Shown here: positions 12,401 through 27,623 of the stretch, in pieces
Position numbering within the stretch: position 1 is the first letter of the stretch
Layout: every line of letters starts with the position of its first letter
NCBI RefSeq assembly: GCF_004010195.1
Contig: NC_057759.1
Location: 3,846,438 to 3,910,437 of the forward strand
Length of the DNA: 64,000 bases
Reading direction: 5' to 3'
Source of the DNA: Chiloscyllium plagiosum
Taxonomy: Eukaryota
Program-made: the position numbers and the translations under genes
The notes under the pieces: generated by a model
Database searches by the model: none
What the model was told of the DNA's origin: nothing
What the model saw: only the letters and a program-made list of their open reading frames with translations

Positions 12401-15400
12401 TTTGCTACGCTAGTCAATCCATCTTGAACCTTTGTGTTTTGGTTCACTCACTCTCCTCAAATGAGGACAGACTCCCAATCTTTGTCCTCAGACTCTTCTC
12501 CTTATGTTGTAAAATACCAGCCTCAAACCCCATCACAAGCTTCGCCTCAATCAAACAAATAGTTGCCACAGCTTTTATGTACCCTACAGATCAACATAAC
12601 TCAGCACAGTGTCTTGGAAGACTTTTCAGCGCCTCCTCAATTGTCGCTGCACATTTCTTAAAATGAGGGATGCAAGAGAGCGCTGGCACCGTGATTGCAT
12701 TATGAAAGTATGTATTGTCATAAAACTGGAAAGAGTTTACAAGGATGTTATCGAGACTGGAGGGTCTGAGTTACAGCTGGTTAGGCTGTAACTTATTTCC
12801 CTGGAAGCTCAGAGATTAAGGATGACCATTTACCAGTTCATAACATCAAAAAGGCATAGATATGACGAATACACATGGTCTGTTCCCCGGGGTAGGAGAT
12901 TCCAAAACGAGAAGGCATAGGTTTAAACTGAGAGGGGAAAGATTTAAAGGTGTCCTGAGATGCACTTTTTATTCACACAGAGAGTAGTACTTGCATTGAG
13001 CAAGCGACCGGCGGAAGTAGTAGAGGTTGGTACAATTATTACATTTAAAAAACGTTTGGACAGGGGCATAGATAATAACAGTTTGGAAGGGTAAGTGCCA
13101 AACACAGACAAGTGGGTCTAGTTCAGTTTTGAAAACCAGGTCGGCACGGACGAGTAGGGCTGAAGGGCCTGCTTGCATGGTGGAATCAATGTGTAAGACT
13201 CACAGGATTGCACCCTCTTCACTGTACATCACTGCCACTTGAGCTTTGTTTTCCTGCTGGAAGGAGAGCGGTGCCAGCAGCCAGTACTGGCTAAGCTCAC
13301 CATGAAGGGCTCTCCACACCTATGTATGGTACCATCAGATTAAACCACCAATCTCCTGCCTCGTTAATGAGACAGGGACGGTGGTGACTTTGCTATCGCT
13401 CCCATTACTCATAAAGCGTTAAAGAGAGATGGGGTTTGACAAAGTAGACAGAGAGAGGATGTTTTCCCGTGTGCGACAATCTGGAACAATCGGTTATCAT
13501 TTCAGGATAAGGGGTTGGGGCAGACTGAAAACCGAAATGAGGAAGAATGGATTCTCTCAAAGGTGGCGGGCGTGATGACTAGAGAGTGAATAAGATTGTG
13601 TTGTTTACTCTGAGGCAGAGACAGTGGTTAGAGGGAGGCGCGGGAAGGGACCTGACGGAGATGTGTAAGGTTATGGGGAACATGGAACCGGCGGATAGGA
13701 TGCAGTTGTTGCCCTTGGGTCAGAGGTTAATAACATGGGGGAGGGTATCCTGTTAAAGTGAAAGGCAGAGGGGGATTTCAGGATAGTTTCACCTAGAGGG
13801 TGATGAGGGTCTGGAATGCACTGCCTGGGAGGTTAGCTGAGGAGGGAAACTTCACAACCTTTAAAAGGTACTTGGACGAGCACTTGAAATGTCATAATAT
13901 TCAAGGCTGTGGGGCCTAGTGCAGGAAAGTGGGGTTGTTTTGATTTTGCTTGCTCTGACAATGCAGACGTAATGGGCCGAATGTACTCTTCTGCATTGTA
14001 TGATTCAGAATGTGTCCAGTGTTTTAAAAAGCCCTCCAGAGAAATGAAAACATTGTTTCCGACAGATTGTAACTCCAGGTAATTACCTTGAACCTGAACA
14101 TCAACAGGCCATGATATGTACGGGTACACTTTACAGCTGTACAATCCACTGTCATCGGTGCTGTTTATTTTAATGCTGTGCGAAGACTCACGTTTTTCAG
14201 ACTTCATTGAATGGATCATCTTGCCTTTTTTATAAAAGGTAAATTCTGTCTCCCACCAAATATCTAATCTGGACCGACAATTCAGTTTCACTGTCTCTCC
14301 TTCCAAAGGTGAAACTGGGACAACGTGGAAAGCCACATTTCCATCTAAGATTGAAAGCAAAGTTGTATCATTGCAGTTTACCACAGGCTATCACTTCGCT
14401 GGCAACTGTTCCGAAAACATTCACTATCACATTGTTTCTGGAATGGGTTTACGAGTATCACTCCAGCCAAACTATCCTCGATATTTTCTACAATCCATTC
14501 TGAATAAATAAATAAATAACATTCATTTGATTTCAACTCATCTTCAAAATTGAGTACAGGTTTGGTTCCCCTTACCGAGGAAGGGATCTTAAGACCATAA
14601 GAAATTAGAACGGGGGAGGTCACTCAGCTCCATTCCCCGTCGTAAAGAGTCAAATAATATCAGTCAGAACCCTTTCTTGTCTCAACTGAAAGCAAATGCG
14701 TGTAGAGATGAGGAGAAGAAGATGTACAGATACAACACGAGGATCGAAGCAAAAGTTTTTTCAAGAAGTTATGACTTGGACGTGCCTCTGTTGGACTGGG
14801 GTGGACAAAGTTAAAAACCATACAACACCAGGTTATAGTACAACAGGTTTATTTGGAAACACAACCATCTGATGAAGGAACAGCGCTCTGAAATCCAATG
14901 CTTCCAAAGAAATCTATTGGATGATAACCTTATGTTGCATGATTTTTAACTTAAAAAATGTTAAAAGAGTAAAAGGCAACGACTGGAAATATTACAATAG
15001 CAGCAAGATGCACAATCAGCAAGATAAATAGACATAGGACTGTCAGTTCTTAATGATATTATATAACACTCTCAGATATCAGAGTAAAGGATCCTGTAGG
15101 CAGTAGTGATCCTTCATTCCTGATGAAGGGCTTTTGCCCGAAACGTCGATTTTGCCTGTCCTCGGATGCTGCCTGAATTGCTGTGCTCTTCCAGCACCAC
15201 TGATCCAGAATCTGGTTTCCAGCATCTGCAGTCATTGTTTTTACATCGTAAATTATAGTTGATAGAGATCAGTTAGTTGGATCAGAATCGGAATTAATAG
15301 AGAAAGGAAGCACACCACTCTCTGGGTGAAAGCACTTCTCCTCATTTCACTGCTACCTGATTTACTTGAAACTGTGACCCCCTGGTTCTGAACATCCACA

Positions 15401-18400
15401 CCCAACCTCCAGGATCATCAGGACATACTTCCTGCGTTTCCCTGCCTTTTCATAGAGTAAATGTCGTTTGTCCAATCAGTCCACGCTGACCCTGTTCGCA
15501 AAATAAACTAGTCCTAACAACCTGCATTTAGCCTATATTCTCCAAACCATTCCTATAAATGCCTTTTCAACATTACAACTGTGTCTGAATTCACCACTTC
15601 CCCTGGCAGTTCATTTCACACACCAATCACTCTGTGTAAAAAAAAACTTGCCCTAAAGACCTTTCTTAAAAAATTTTCTCTTCTCAACTTAAAAATATGC
15701 CCTCGAGTTTTGAATTCCTCCATCAAAGGGAAAAGATGCTTGTAATTCACCTTATCTATGCTTCTCATGATCTGAGAACCTCAAAATTGTCAACCATCAA
15801 CCTCCACTACTCCAGTGAAAAATGTTCCAGTTTTTCCAATCTGTTTTTGTGTCTCAAACCTTCCATTCCCAGAAACATTCTGCTAAATCATTCCAGTACT
15901 CTCTCTGGTTTAGCAATATCCTTCCTATATCAGGGCAACCAGGATTGCACTCAGTATTCTAGAAGAGGCCTCAGCAACAACCTGCACAACCTCAAACTAA
16001 CATCCTAACGCCGATACTCAAAGGCTTGATCAAAGAAGGCAAGTATGCTAAATGACTTTTTACACGCTCTGTAATACAAATTTCAAAGAACTGTGCACCT
16101 GTGCGCCTAAATTCCTCTGTTGTACAACGCTGGCCAAGGCCCTATCATTAATTACATCAAGTAATGTATTTGTATAACCAAAATATCATACATTTATCCA
16201 AATTAAACTCTATCTGCTACTCCTCAGCCCATTGATGCAACTGATCAAGACTCTTTGTATTCTTAAGTAACCTGTTTCATTGTTCACTATACCTCCAATT
16301 TTTCATCCTTGTCATTTGCATGCTTACTAACCATGCCTCCAATATTCTCATCCAAATCGTTTAATTGAATCACAAATAACAGTGGACACTGCAACAAACC
16401 TTATTGAACAAGACATGCCCTATTCCTCCAATCTGAAAACAACCTTCCAACATTACTGTTTCCTGCCATTAAACCAATTTGTATCCAGTTCACAAGCTCA
16501 TCCTAAATTCCATGTGATGTAACTGTCCTAATTAGTCAATCATGCGGAACCTTATCAAAGGTTTTACTGACGTCCAAGTAAACAACTCTCCACTCTCTTT
16601 TTTTGTTCACTTCATTAACAAGTTCAATCAAGTTTGTTAGAATATATTTTCCATGCACCAAACCATGCTAACTCCCTAATCAATCCTCTCCTCTCCAAAT
16701 GCATGTAAACACTATCTTTCATAACCACGTCCAACAACTTATCTATCACTGATATCAGACACACAAATCTCTAGCTTCCAGGCTTCTCATTACAGCCTTT
16801 CTTTAACAAAGGCTCAATATTAGCCATCCTAGAATATCAGGTTGTGTGTGTGTGTGTGTGTGTGCGTGTACGCGTGTGTGGCGTATGCAGACATGAGACA
16901 TGAGACAAATGGTGTGGAAATTTTTATTCAATGTTCACCACCAGGATGAAAGGAAACATCCGTGTGGCCAGTGATGAGCAATGGCCTTCTCATGAAAGGG
17001 CAGTGCTGCGTGATCAAAAAAGTGAAGGAGAGGGCAATGATTAAATCATAAGTTCATAGATCATACAAATCTTTCAACACGGCTTTGTGAGGGGCAGGTC
17101 ATGCCTATCAAATCTTATCGAGTTCTTTGTGGATGTGACTAGAAAAGTTGATGAGGGTCGAGCTGTGGATGTGGATTATATGGACTTCAGCAAGGCATTT
17201 GATAAGGTTCCCCATGGTAGGCTTATTCAGAAGGTCTGGAGGAATGGGATTCAGGGGAACATAGCTGTCTGGCCAACAGAAGACAGCGAGTGGTAGTAGA
17301 AGGAAAATATTCTGCCTGGAAGTCAGTGGTGAGTGGTGTTCCACAGGGCTCTGTCCTTGGGCCTCTACTGTTTGTAATTTTTATTAATGACTTGGATGAG
17401 GGGATTGAAGGATGGGTCAGCAAGTTTGCAGATGACACAAAGGTTGGAGGTGTCGTTGACAGTATAGAGGGCTGTTGTAGGCTGCAGCAGGACATTGACA
17501 GGATGCAGAGATGGGCTGAGAGGTGGCAGATGAAGTTCAACCTGGATAAATGCGAGGTGATGCATTTTGGAAGGTCGAATTTGAAAGCTGAGTACAGGAT
17601 TAAGGATAGGATTCTTGGCAGTGTGGAGGAACAGAGGGATCCTGGGGTGCAGGTACATAGATCCCTAAAAACGGCCATCCAAGTGGATAGAGTTGTTCTG
17701 GTCGCCCTATTATAAGAACGATGTGGATGCTTTGGAGAGGGTTCAGAGGAGGTTTACCAGAATACTGCCTGGACTGGAAGGCTTATCTTATGAAGAGAGG
17801 TTGACTGAGCTCGGACTATTTTCATTGGAGAAAAGGACGAGGAGAAGAGGGGATCTAATTGAGGTATATAAGATAATGAGAGGCATAGATAGAGTCAATA
17901 GCCAGAGACCATTTCCCAGGGCAGAAATTGCTAACACGAGGGGTCATAGTTTTAAGCTGGTTGGAGGAAAGTACAGAGGGGAAGTCAGAGGCGAGTTCTT
18001 TACACAGAGAGTTGTGAGAGCATGGAATGGGTTGCCAGCAGCAGTTGTGGAGGCAGGGTCACTGGGGACATTTAGGAGACTCCTGGACATGCATATTGTC
18101 ACAGAAATTTGAAGGTGCATACGTGAGGATCAGTGGTTGGCACAACATCGTGGGTTGAAGGGCCTGTTCTGTGCTGTACTGTTCTATGTTCTATGTTCTA
18201 AATATTATTACTCAGAGCCCTGCAATTGCGTCCATAATGTCTTGGAATACATTCGATCAGGTCCTGGTGATTTGTTTACCTTTATGTTTGCTGAGACTAC
18301 CGGCACTATTTCGTCTGTAATGTCATTTGTTTTCAAAACATTAATATTCATTTCCCAGAGTTCTCTAGCCTCTACTCCTTTCTGAAAAGTAAAAACTGTC

Positions 18401-21400
18401 GCAAAATATTACCTTAACATCTCCTATTAGAATTTTATAGTTTTCTGCCAGATCCCTTCCTCGTTCTTCTAAGCTCTAGTGAATATAATCCTAACCAATC
18501 CAGTCTCTCATCATATATAGTTGACCACCATCTAATTGTCTGTCCCGAATTGCCCATTGCGAAGGTGGTGTTGAGCTTCCTTCTTGAACCACCACAGTCC
18601 ATGTGCTGTAGATAGACTCACAATGCCCTGAGGGAGCGAATTCCAGCATTTTGACCAAGCGGCACAGAAGAAACTACTGACATATTTCGAAGTCAGGATG
18701 GTGAGTGGCTTGGAGGGGAAGCTGCAGGGTACAAGGTTCCCATGTATCTGCTGCCTTTTAGATGGAAGCGGTCATGGGTTTTGAAGGTGCTGTCTGAAGA
18801 TCTTCCGTGAACTTCTGCAGTGCATTTTGTAGATAGTACACACTGCTGTTACGAAGCGTCAGTCGTGGATCGACACCATCCAAGGACAAAGCAGCCAGTT
18901 GAGCTTCTGCACGAAACTCCACGATGTCGATAGTAGGAACTCAGTGTTGGTAACACCCTTAAATGTCAAGGGGTGATGGTTAAATTCTGCCTCGATATTA
19001 ACTCCCAGGATGTTAAAAGTGGGGAGATGTGAACACCATTGAATGTCAAGGGGCAATGATTAGATTGTCTCTTATTGGAAATGGTCATTGCCTATCACTT
19101 GTGTGGCGCGAATGTTACTTACCACTTGATAGCACAACTGTGGATATTAATCAGACATTTTTGCATTTGGACATGGACCGTTTCAGTATCTGAGAAGTGG
19201 TGAATGGAGCAACTATCAGTGAACATCACCGCTTCTGACCTTTTCATGGAAGGAAGATCATTGATGAAACATCTCTGCTCCTGCCCTCGAGTCCCCATAA
19301 CTGGGAGAGTCCTGTTAAAAGCAGCTTACACAGACATGGCATAAAACCATCAAAACATTTTTTGGCAATAGCTAGACAAAAGAATGACCAACCTGATACT
19401 GTGATGTTTAGTTCATTCGAAACCCACTTTTTATAGCCAATTTTTAATTCACACCGATAAGATGCTTCATCTGAATACGCTGCACTTTCTATGGTCAGTG
19501 ACCCGTATGTAGACTGTTTTATTAACCCATTATTTCGATACCATCCGAAATGATTACGTCCTCTCAGGTTCTGGGGTCGGGTCCAGCAGCTCATTTCAAT
19601 CCTCTCATTTCTCAGAGCATGTTCAGGATTGGCTTCCAGAGTTAGCACTTCATCAGAAACTGCCAAAGCAAAACGACACTAAATCAGCTTGGAATGCAAA
19701 TTACATTTGATAGTTGAATGTTGTGGATTCCAACACCGGGAAGGGGATGTTAGAGCTGCACGGGACATTGATGATGCGCGGCTGGAACACTGTGTACAGT
19801 TCCAGTCTCCACACGACAGGAAGGATTTTATTCCACTAAGGGGGGATATAGAGGATAGTCCCAGGATATTGCCTACGAGGAACAACTTTAGTGATGAAGA
19901 GAGGGTGAATAAGTTCATGTTGTTTTCTTTCGAATAGAGAAGGTTGAGGGGTGTCCTGATAGAGCTGTGTAAGTTTATGAGGAATATGGATAGGGGGGAT
20001 ATGAAGCAGCTGTTCTACTTAGTCGAAGGGTCAATAACAAGGGGGCTATCACTTCAATTGAAAGGCAGGAGATTTGGGGGGAATTCGAGGATTATTTCAT
20101 CTCGAGGGTTAATAGGTATGAAGGACCAAGCCTCAATAACCCTCTACGGTAAAGAATTCCACAGATTCAATCCCCTCAGAGATGAAATTCCCCCTCACCT
20201 CCATCTTCAATTGGCAACCCCCTTTATTTGAGAGGATGCCCCTCTGGTCCAGACTCTCCAAAACAAGTTCCGCATCTCCTTTCCAAGTCTCTCTACGATT
20301 ATTCAACAAGATCAGCTTCTGTTCTTCTAAATCTACTCAATCTACTCAAATTCTCGTCATGTGGAATTACTAACCCCTAGCCTAATCTTGTGAAAGTTAC
20401 TGACCAAAAAAAAGACGTTTGAGCAGTAAATCATGCTGAAACGTGTATTGGGCTGAAAATTGGTTTGTAGTTAAAGAAAATACCGTGTGTCGTTCATTAT
20501 CACTTATCAGAAGGATGAGGAGACGCTAGAGAGGGTACAGAAATGTTGCCTCGTTGGGAAAGTATTAACAATGAGGAGAAATTGGACAAACTTGGTCTGT
20601 TTTCATCTGAACAATAGTGAGTGAGGGACAACTTGATGGGAGTTTACAAAATTATGAGAGGCATCGATGGAAGTCTTGTTTTTCAAGGGTACAATATATC
20701 AATTACTGGGGGACATGGGTTTCAGGTGAAGGGGGGAAATTTAAAATAAATGGAAGAGGCAAGTGTTTTACCACATAGAAAATGGTAAGTGCCTAGAATG
20801 GCTTTTCAGAGAAGGTGGTGAAGGTAGATACTATAGCTACGTTTAAGAGGCCTGCGGACAGATATCCAAACAGACAGAGGATAACGGGGTATGAACAGCC
20901 TCGAGGTAAAAGGTTGACAAAGGCATCATGTGTCAGTACAGTCTTGGTGAGTTGAAGGGCCTGTTCCTATGCTGTACTATTCTTTATTCTTTGAACACTG
21001 CAAGCTCCACTTACATGTAAAATTTTCAAAATAAATGAGAGTCAAAGTTCACTTACCTGTGACGACAACTTCAACAGTTTCACTCTTTTTCCATGGAGTG
21101 GATGTCATACAGTGATAAGACCCACCGGTTTCACTGTCGACGGGTTCTTCGTAAATATTACTCTGTGTGGAATCGAAATATTGTTTATTTTTGAACCAAT
21201 AAATAACTCGTCCTTTATCTGTTGCACATTCCAGTTTTAAAGTCCCTCCTTCTTTTAAGAAACCAGTTGCAGGATTTATGTAAAGCACAGGCCTTCGAAT
21301 AGCTGAAAAAAAGGAGTAAGTTTATGAATCCTATAATTGCATTTTTATGATCTCTCACTGCTATAAGCCTCAATGTCCCCAGTATACAGAGCTCTAGTTC

Positions 21401-24400
21401 GAGTTGGTTATCTGACCTAACAGTACAGTCCAGACAATAAGACCTAAACGGGATGAATGTTGGTGGTACCTGACGTTGGTTTGCTTCTAGTATCGCCTCT
21501 GCGTCACCAACCATTTAAGTAGGTATATATATATATACATATATTTCTTTTCTCTCAAAGGGCCTAAAGCTGATAGAGACCAGCAGATCTACTGTTTGGA
21601 AGAGTTAACCGCACAGTTTATATTTAGTCTTAATGTAGTCAGCTGGATAACAACATGAAACCAATTCTATGATATGCAACACTTTAACCACAACTCAATT
21701 TGATCTGTTGGCCTCAACTGAAAAAAAAACGGATTTTTACTCTGTGTTTTCCAGAAGACGTTCTCAGCCCAAAGCAAAGTGTGCAGTACCAGACAATAAT
21801 CTCCCCAATGCTAGAACATTTAACCATTGCCCCTTGACCTTAAATGGTGCTACCGTCACTGCATCCCTCTACTCTCAACATCCTGGAGTTTCCTATTGAC
21901 TAGAAACGCATCTGGATTCATCATGTTAATAGAGTTGTTGCAAGAGCAGATCAGAAGCTGGGAATCCTGCAATGAGTAACTCATCTCCTGATTACCCCGA
22001 CAAAGCCTGTCCACAATCGACAAGGCATAAATTAGAAGTTTGATGGAGTACTCCCACTTGCCTGGATGTGTGCAGCTCCAAGAACAGAACAAAGACTGTA
22101 GAACATTACAGTCCAATACAAGTCCTCCAGCCCTCGGTGTTGTGCCAACCTGTGAAAACAATCTGATCTCCATTTATCTTACACTATTCAATTTTCATCC
22201 ATATGGTTATCTAATGAGAGTTTAAATGCCCTTAAATTTGGCGAGTCTACGACTGTGTGATCCCCACCTCTAGTACTCCCTGACTAAAGAAACTACCTCT
22301 GGCATCTGTCCTATATGTACCAATATTAAATTTATAGCTATGAACCCTCATGCCAGCCATCACCATCCAAGTAAGCTTAACATCATCATGGCCAAAGCAG
22401 CGCCACTTCATTGGCACTACAAACATCCACCACCAACTCTCGAATGCATTGCAGAAATTCATCAAAGGTACTGAGACAGCACATTCCAAAGCTCGGACCA
22501 CATCAATCTCGCAGGAAGAGGGCAGCAGACGCATGGGAACCACCACCTGCAAGTTTCCCCTGAGCCACCCAACATCCCACTCGAAAATATACTGGCCATT
22601 TCTTTAATGTTGCTAGTGTCAAACACTTGGAATTCCCTACCTCAGGACATTGTTGGTCTTTGTTAGCCGCAGGGACCTCATCGGTTTAAGAAGACAACTC
22701 AATACCACGTTTTCAAGGGGGCAACAAGAGATGGGGCAATAAATGCTGGGCCCATGTCGCACAAATGAATGAAATTTCACGAGTTGAAAGTCTCTGAGGT
22801 TTAAACTGAACTGCAGTTTTCTTTGAAGACTTGCACCCTCTAAAGTAGCAAAATTTATAGATACCTTTGAGTTCACAGTAAGTCATCAGGTGCTGTGTTT
22901 GAGAGCCTGAAAGTAACAAAGGGATAGAGAGTGAGAAAGAGAGAGGAATCCTTCCAATTCTGCAGTTACAAATCCATCAACTTTCTCTCTCTTTCTCACT
23001 CTCTTCCCAAATGCATAAAATACACTTCCTTTGAATATTCCTGGATCTGAGCATATTTTCATTTCCCTAAACTGGATAACCCCTAAACAACTTTCATCTC
23101 AATAAGGGAAATTTTCAAAAAGGTGTAAATACAGATCTGAATAACTGATTCCAATAATTTTGATGATATGGGTTTGTTTCAGTCAAACAGAATAATTAGA
23201 TAAGACTGATGGCTGATGCAATTTTAACATCCAAAGAATCCACTGTGGAATTGTGGTTGGTGAAGATGGTAAATAAGAAAACACAGCCTTGGGAGCACTC
23301 TATCAATCAAGAAACTCATTCCAATATGCATCACAGAACTGAATCTGCCAAGGCAAGTCCAATGAACAAGTTTGGGCTTGACACAGCAAAATGCCTCATA
23401 CAAGCTGATAGCCATTGGGAAGTTAAAATATTCAGTGTGAGCTCAAACATACTAACACCATAGCATCAGTTTGAGATCCTGGATCCTCATGAGTGTGTGG
23501 ATGAATTTACCCATCCTTGCCTACCGGTGGAGAGTATGCTTGATAGAACTACGTGCCACATACAGGTTAGAGGTGGAAAGGTGGACATGCCTTTGATCAT
23601 AAGAAATAGAAATAGTAGGCTGTTTGATGATTCACCATACTTCACGTCCACTTTTCTGCCCTTTCAACCATTACCTTTGACTCTCCTAATGATCAAGAAT
23701 TGAGCTCTCTCAGCCTCAATTACACTCAAGGACTCTACCTTCACAACTCTCTGTGGCAAGGAGTTCCAAGTGCTGACAACCCTCTGAGAGAAGAAAGTCT
23801 TCCTCATCTTAATTGGTGTCCCTTTATCCTGAGACTGTACCCTTAGATACTAGAATCTCCCATGAGGGGAAACATCATCTCAGTATTTATCCTGTAAAAC
23901 TCCTCAAGAATCCAATAAGTTTCAATGAGATCACCACTCGCTCTTCTAAATTCCAATGAGTAGAGTACCAACAAACCCTCCACACCGGGAATCATTTTAG
24001 TGAACCTTCTCTGAATTGCCTCCAATGAAATGATATATTTCATTTAATAAGAGAAGCAAAACAGCTCCAGTGCTCAAAAAAAAGTCTCATGAGCACCTTG
24101 TACATTTGCAGAAAGAGTTCCCTATTCTCTTTCAACCCCTTTGAAATAAGGAGCAAGATTCCCTTTGCACTTCCTGATTACTTGCTGCCCCTGCTGTGTG
24201 TTAATTTTCTGTTTTTAATACACAAAATTCCGGCCCCCACCAAGTCCATTTCTGGTGCAGCTCTCTGTAGTTTCTCTCCATTTAAATAATATTCTATTCT
24301 CCCTTCCAAAATTATCGTAACTTTGTATTTTCACAAACATCTTGTTTCAAATCTCATGCTCATTTGAAGTATTGTGATTAACTTAAATTTTGGTACAGAT

Positions 24401-27400
24401 TTACTGAATGGACTGTGTCGGATGTGACTAAGTCAAAAAAAAAGCCATTAGTCTTCATTATAACTGGTGGAGCACCCATATGGGAGAAGGTTTGAAAATG
24501 ATTCCAGTGCCCGATCTTTCAGAGGATATCCCTAACTCCTGATCAGGAAGACTGGGATCAAGTCTAATTTGATGCATGATTGGAAAAGGTCACTGAAAGG
24601 ACGTGCATAGCATGGCTTGAAATTTGTAAATGTTTATCCAAAAATTAAAGTTCCCTCTTACCTTGGGTGATTCCAAACAGAGCAAGATTCACTGGAAAAC
24701 AAAAGGGAATTGAAATAAATGTCATTATTTTTGCCAGTGTCCTAGAAATTGCAAGTAAATACAACGTCAAAGCAATGTAAGAGGAAAAACAGCAGTGAAG
24801 CAGCACGTGTCCTGTCTGTAACTCAATGGGAACTATTGACTGTTCAATCCTATCGACGAGGAGGCAGAAATATAAATTGATATGAAGTGCATGATGACCC
24901 GATTGGTTTCTCATTCATGTATCAATCCAACTGCAGATGTTGCTTTGTAACATTCTACCAACTATTTATACCTTCGTTTGCCCCTCCTGTTTTCTCTTCG
25001 CTTTGTTTGCCATTCCCTGTGCCATTCTTCTGAGTTAAGAAGATTTTTCTTTAAAGATTATGGGAAAATTATGGCAAAAGGATTCAAGTTTCTTTGGCTT
25101 TGCATTTTTTGCCTCACCGAGATCCTTAGAAATCCCCAAAGTCAGCCAAGACTTATCAATGACCTCCATACTGACGCTTCTAATTCAGAGACAAGAGGCT
25201 GCGTTACAGCAGGGCTTCCTTTGGAACATATCTGAAACGATTCCAGATGTTTCCGCAACTTCTGCTGCATGCTAAGTCACTTCACAAGGGAGCTAAGACT
25301 TTCTTCAATCTAAAGTCAGAGCCGAAGAAGTGTACATTTCTGAAAAAGGCCTATTGACCAATCAAGTCTGCGCTCATCAAAAACAACCACCTCACTATTC
25401 GCTAAGCCCATTTCTTTCCCAGCATTTGGTCCACAGATCTGGAATCACGAGTTGGCATCTGATTTTTTTCTTGAACGTGATGAGGGTTTCTGCCTCTCCC
25501 TCCCTGACAGTGAGTTCCAGATTCCTACCACACTTTGACTGAAAAAGTGTTTTCCTTCCGTCACCCTCTTAACTTCCTGCCACTTACCTTCAATATATAT
25601 TTCCCAACCCCAATCATTAATCTCTTTGTCAAGAGGAAAATGGTTTCTCCTGTCTACCCGAATTATGCCCCCGTACATGTCATTACACACACACACACAC
25701 ACACAGGAACTTCAATTATCCGAACGAGATGGGCGGGCACTATTTCGTTTGGATAATTGATTGTTCGGTTAGTTGACTAAGTGCCTTTCCTCTGCTCCCT
25801 GTTCAGGAAACTGCAGCAGCATACCGCGCACGAATCCCGCCCCCAAAATCGGACCCCGCCCCGCCCACAACCTCGTCCAACACTGACCCCTGCCCGCCCC
25901 AACCCTGTCCAACACCGCCCCCGTCCAACACTGCCCTCTCCCTCCCGTCCAACACTGCTCCTTGCTCCGTCCAACACTGCCCGTACCGTGCCCTCATCCA
26001 ACACCATCCACAGCCCCTTCCACTCCCGCCCCTGTCTAACACAGCCTCCTGCCCGCGCCCCATCCACCCCCGCCGGCCTCAATCCAACACCAGTCCCCGT
26101 CCACCCCGCCCTGTCCAACACTGCCCTCAACCGCACCCCAAACCCGTCCAACACCAGCCGCGCCTGTGCCCCTGTCCACCCCCTGTCCTCATCCTTCTCA
26201 ATTCCATCCAGCACAGACTCGGAGTCCTCAACCGTTCCTCATATGACAAGCCCAGGATCCCCAGGATCATTCTTGTGAACCTCCCCTGTAACCTGTTCAA
26301 CGCCAGTACATCCTTCCTTAGATACGGGGCCTAAAACTGATCACCAGGTTCAAAATGTGGTCTGACCAAAGCCTTACACAGCCCCCCAGCCCACACTACC
26401 GTGCAGCCCCTGTCTACCCCCGCCCCCTCTCTAGGGCAGCTGAACTGGACATCAACAATAAGACTGCTGCTGCAACTACCTTTGTGGGGTAAGTCTCCAA
26501 ATAGCAAATGCACTGCCATAGCCACATACACACAACTTTTTACTGCACCGTTTTGACAGTTTCCACATTTGCCCTGTACGGGACAATGTTGAAGAGAGTC
26601 TCTGGAAAGGTGCGAGGGGGGGAGGTGGCGGGGTGGGGGGCGAGGGTGCACCCCTCTGTAGAACTCCAGAGAAAATGTGAGGAGAGTGAGAGGGTGGGAT
26701 GTCAGTCAATTGGAGACGGTGTCTGTTTAATCACTGTAAAAAAAAGACATGATCGCTGTTGGAAACACGCCTTTACTGTAATGTTTCTATCGGGACCTCG
26801 AGATCTCCTTAGGATAATCTGATATTCAGATAATTAATTCAGATAATCGAAGTTCTTCTGTATATCAGATTATCCGAAGCAGATCTCGAGGTCCTGATAC
26901 AAACAGTACATCAAAAAGCTGTTTCAACCCTGAACGTGTCTTTTGTTTACAATGGATTCACTGAAATGCTGCAGAGAACAGTCCTTGGACATTGATGGGA
27001 GCCCAGGCATTGTCTCAAAGTGACTGGGCTACTGCCCTCTCTATCTTCCCCAAACGTTTCCCAAGGGTTCTACATAGTGGTGAACTTTAACACCCCCCCC
27101 CCCCCCCTTCCCCAGGTATTCTATCTAACATTGTCCTGTACAGGGCAGAGGTGGAGCTTGTCAAAACGTTGCATCTGCCTGTGTTTGTGTGTGCTATTTG
27201 GAGACTTATCTCACAAAGGCGGCTGCAGTCTTACTGCTGGTGGCAGTGCAACTGCCCCGGAGGGGGTGGGAGGCTGACAGGGGCAGGTGGAGCACTAGGA
27301 TGGGGCACGGACGTGGGTCAGATGGTGGGTGGAGGCAGATCGGGGGCAGGGGGAATGCTGGACAGGTTTTTGTTGGCTGGCTGCGGGGGCGGTGTTAGAC

Positions 27401-27579
27401 GGGGTTGGGATGGGGCCCACGCACGCTGGGCTGCTCCACAGGGTGTTCTGCAGTCTCCTGAATGGGGAGAAGACTTGACAGAAAAATCTGAGCACCAGAG
27501 GAGGTGCATTGAATCGATTAACCGAATAATCAACCATCAGAACAGCATACAGCCCAGCCAACGCATGTGGATAATCGAG

Positions 27580-27622
<43 letters not shown>

Positions 27623-27623
27623 C

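Noticed and set aside
25777..26278. Pro-rich and Gly-rich ORFs on both strands
   Set aside because: Translation of GC-rich subrepeats inside the transposon remnant.
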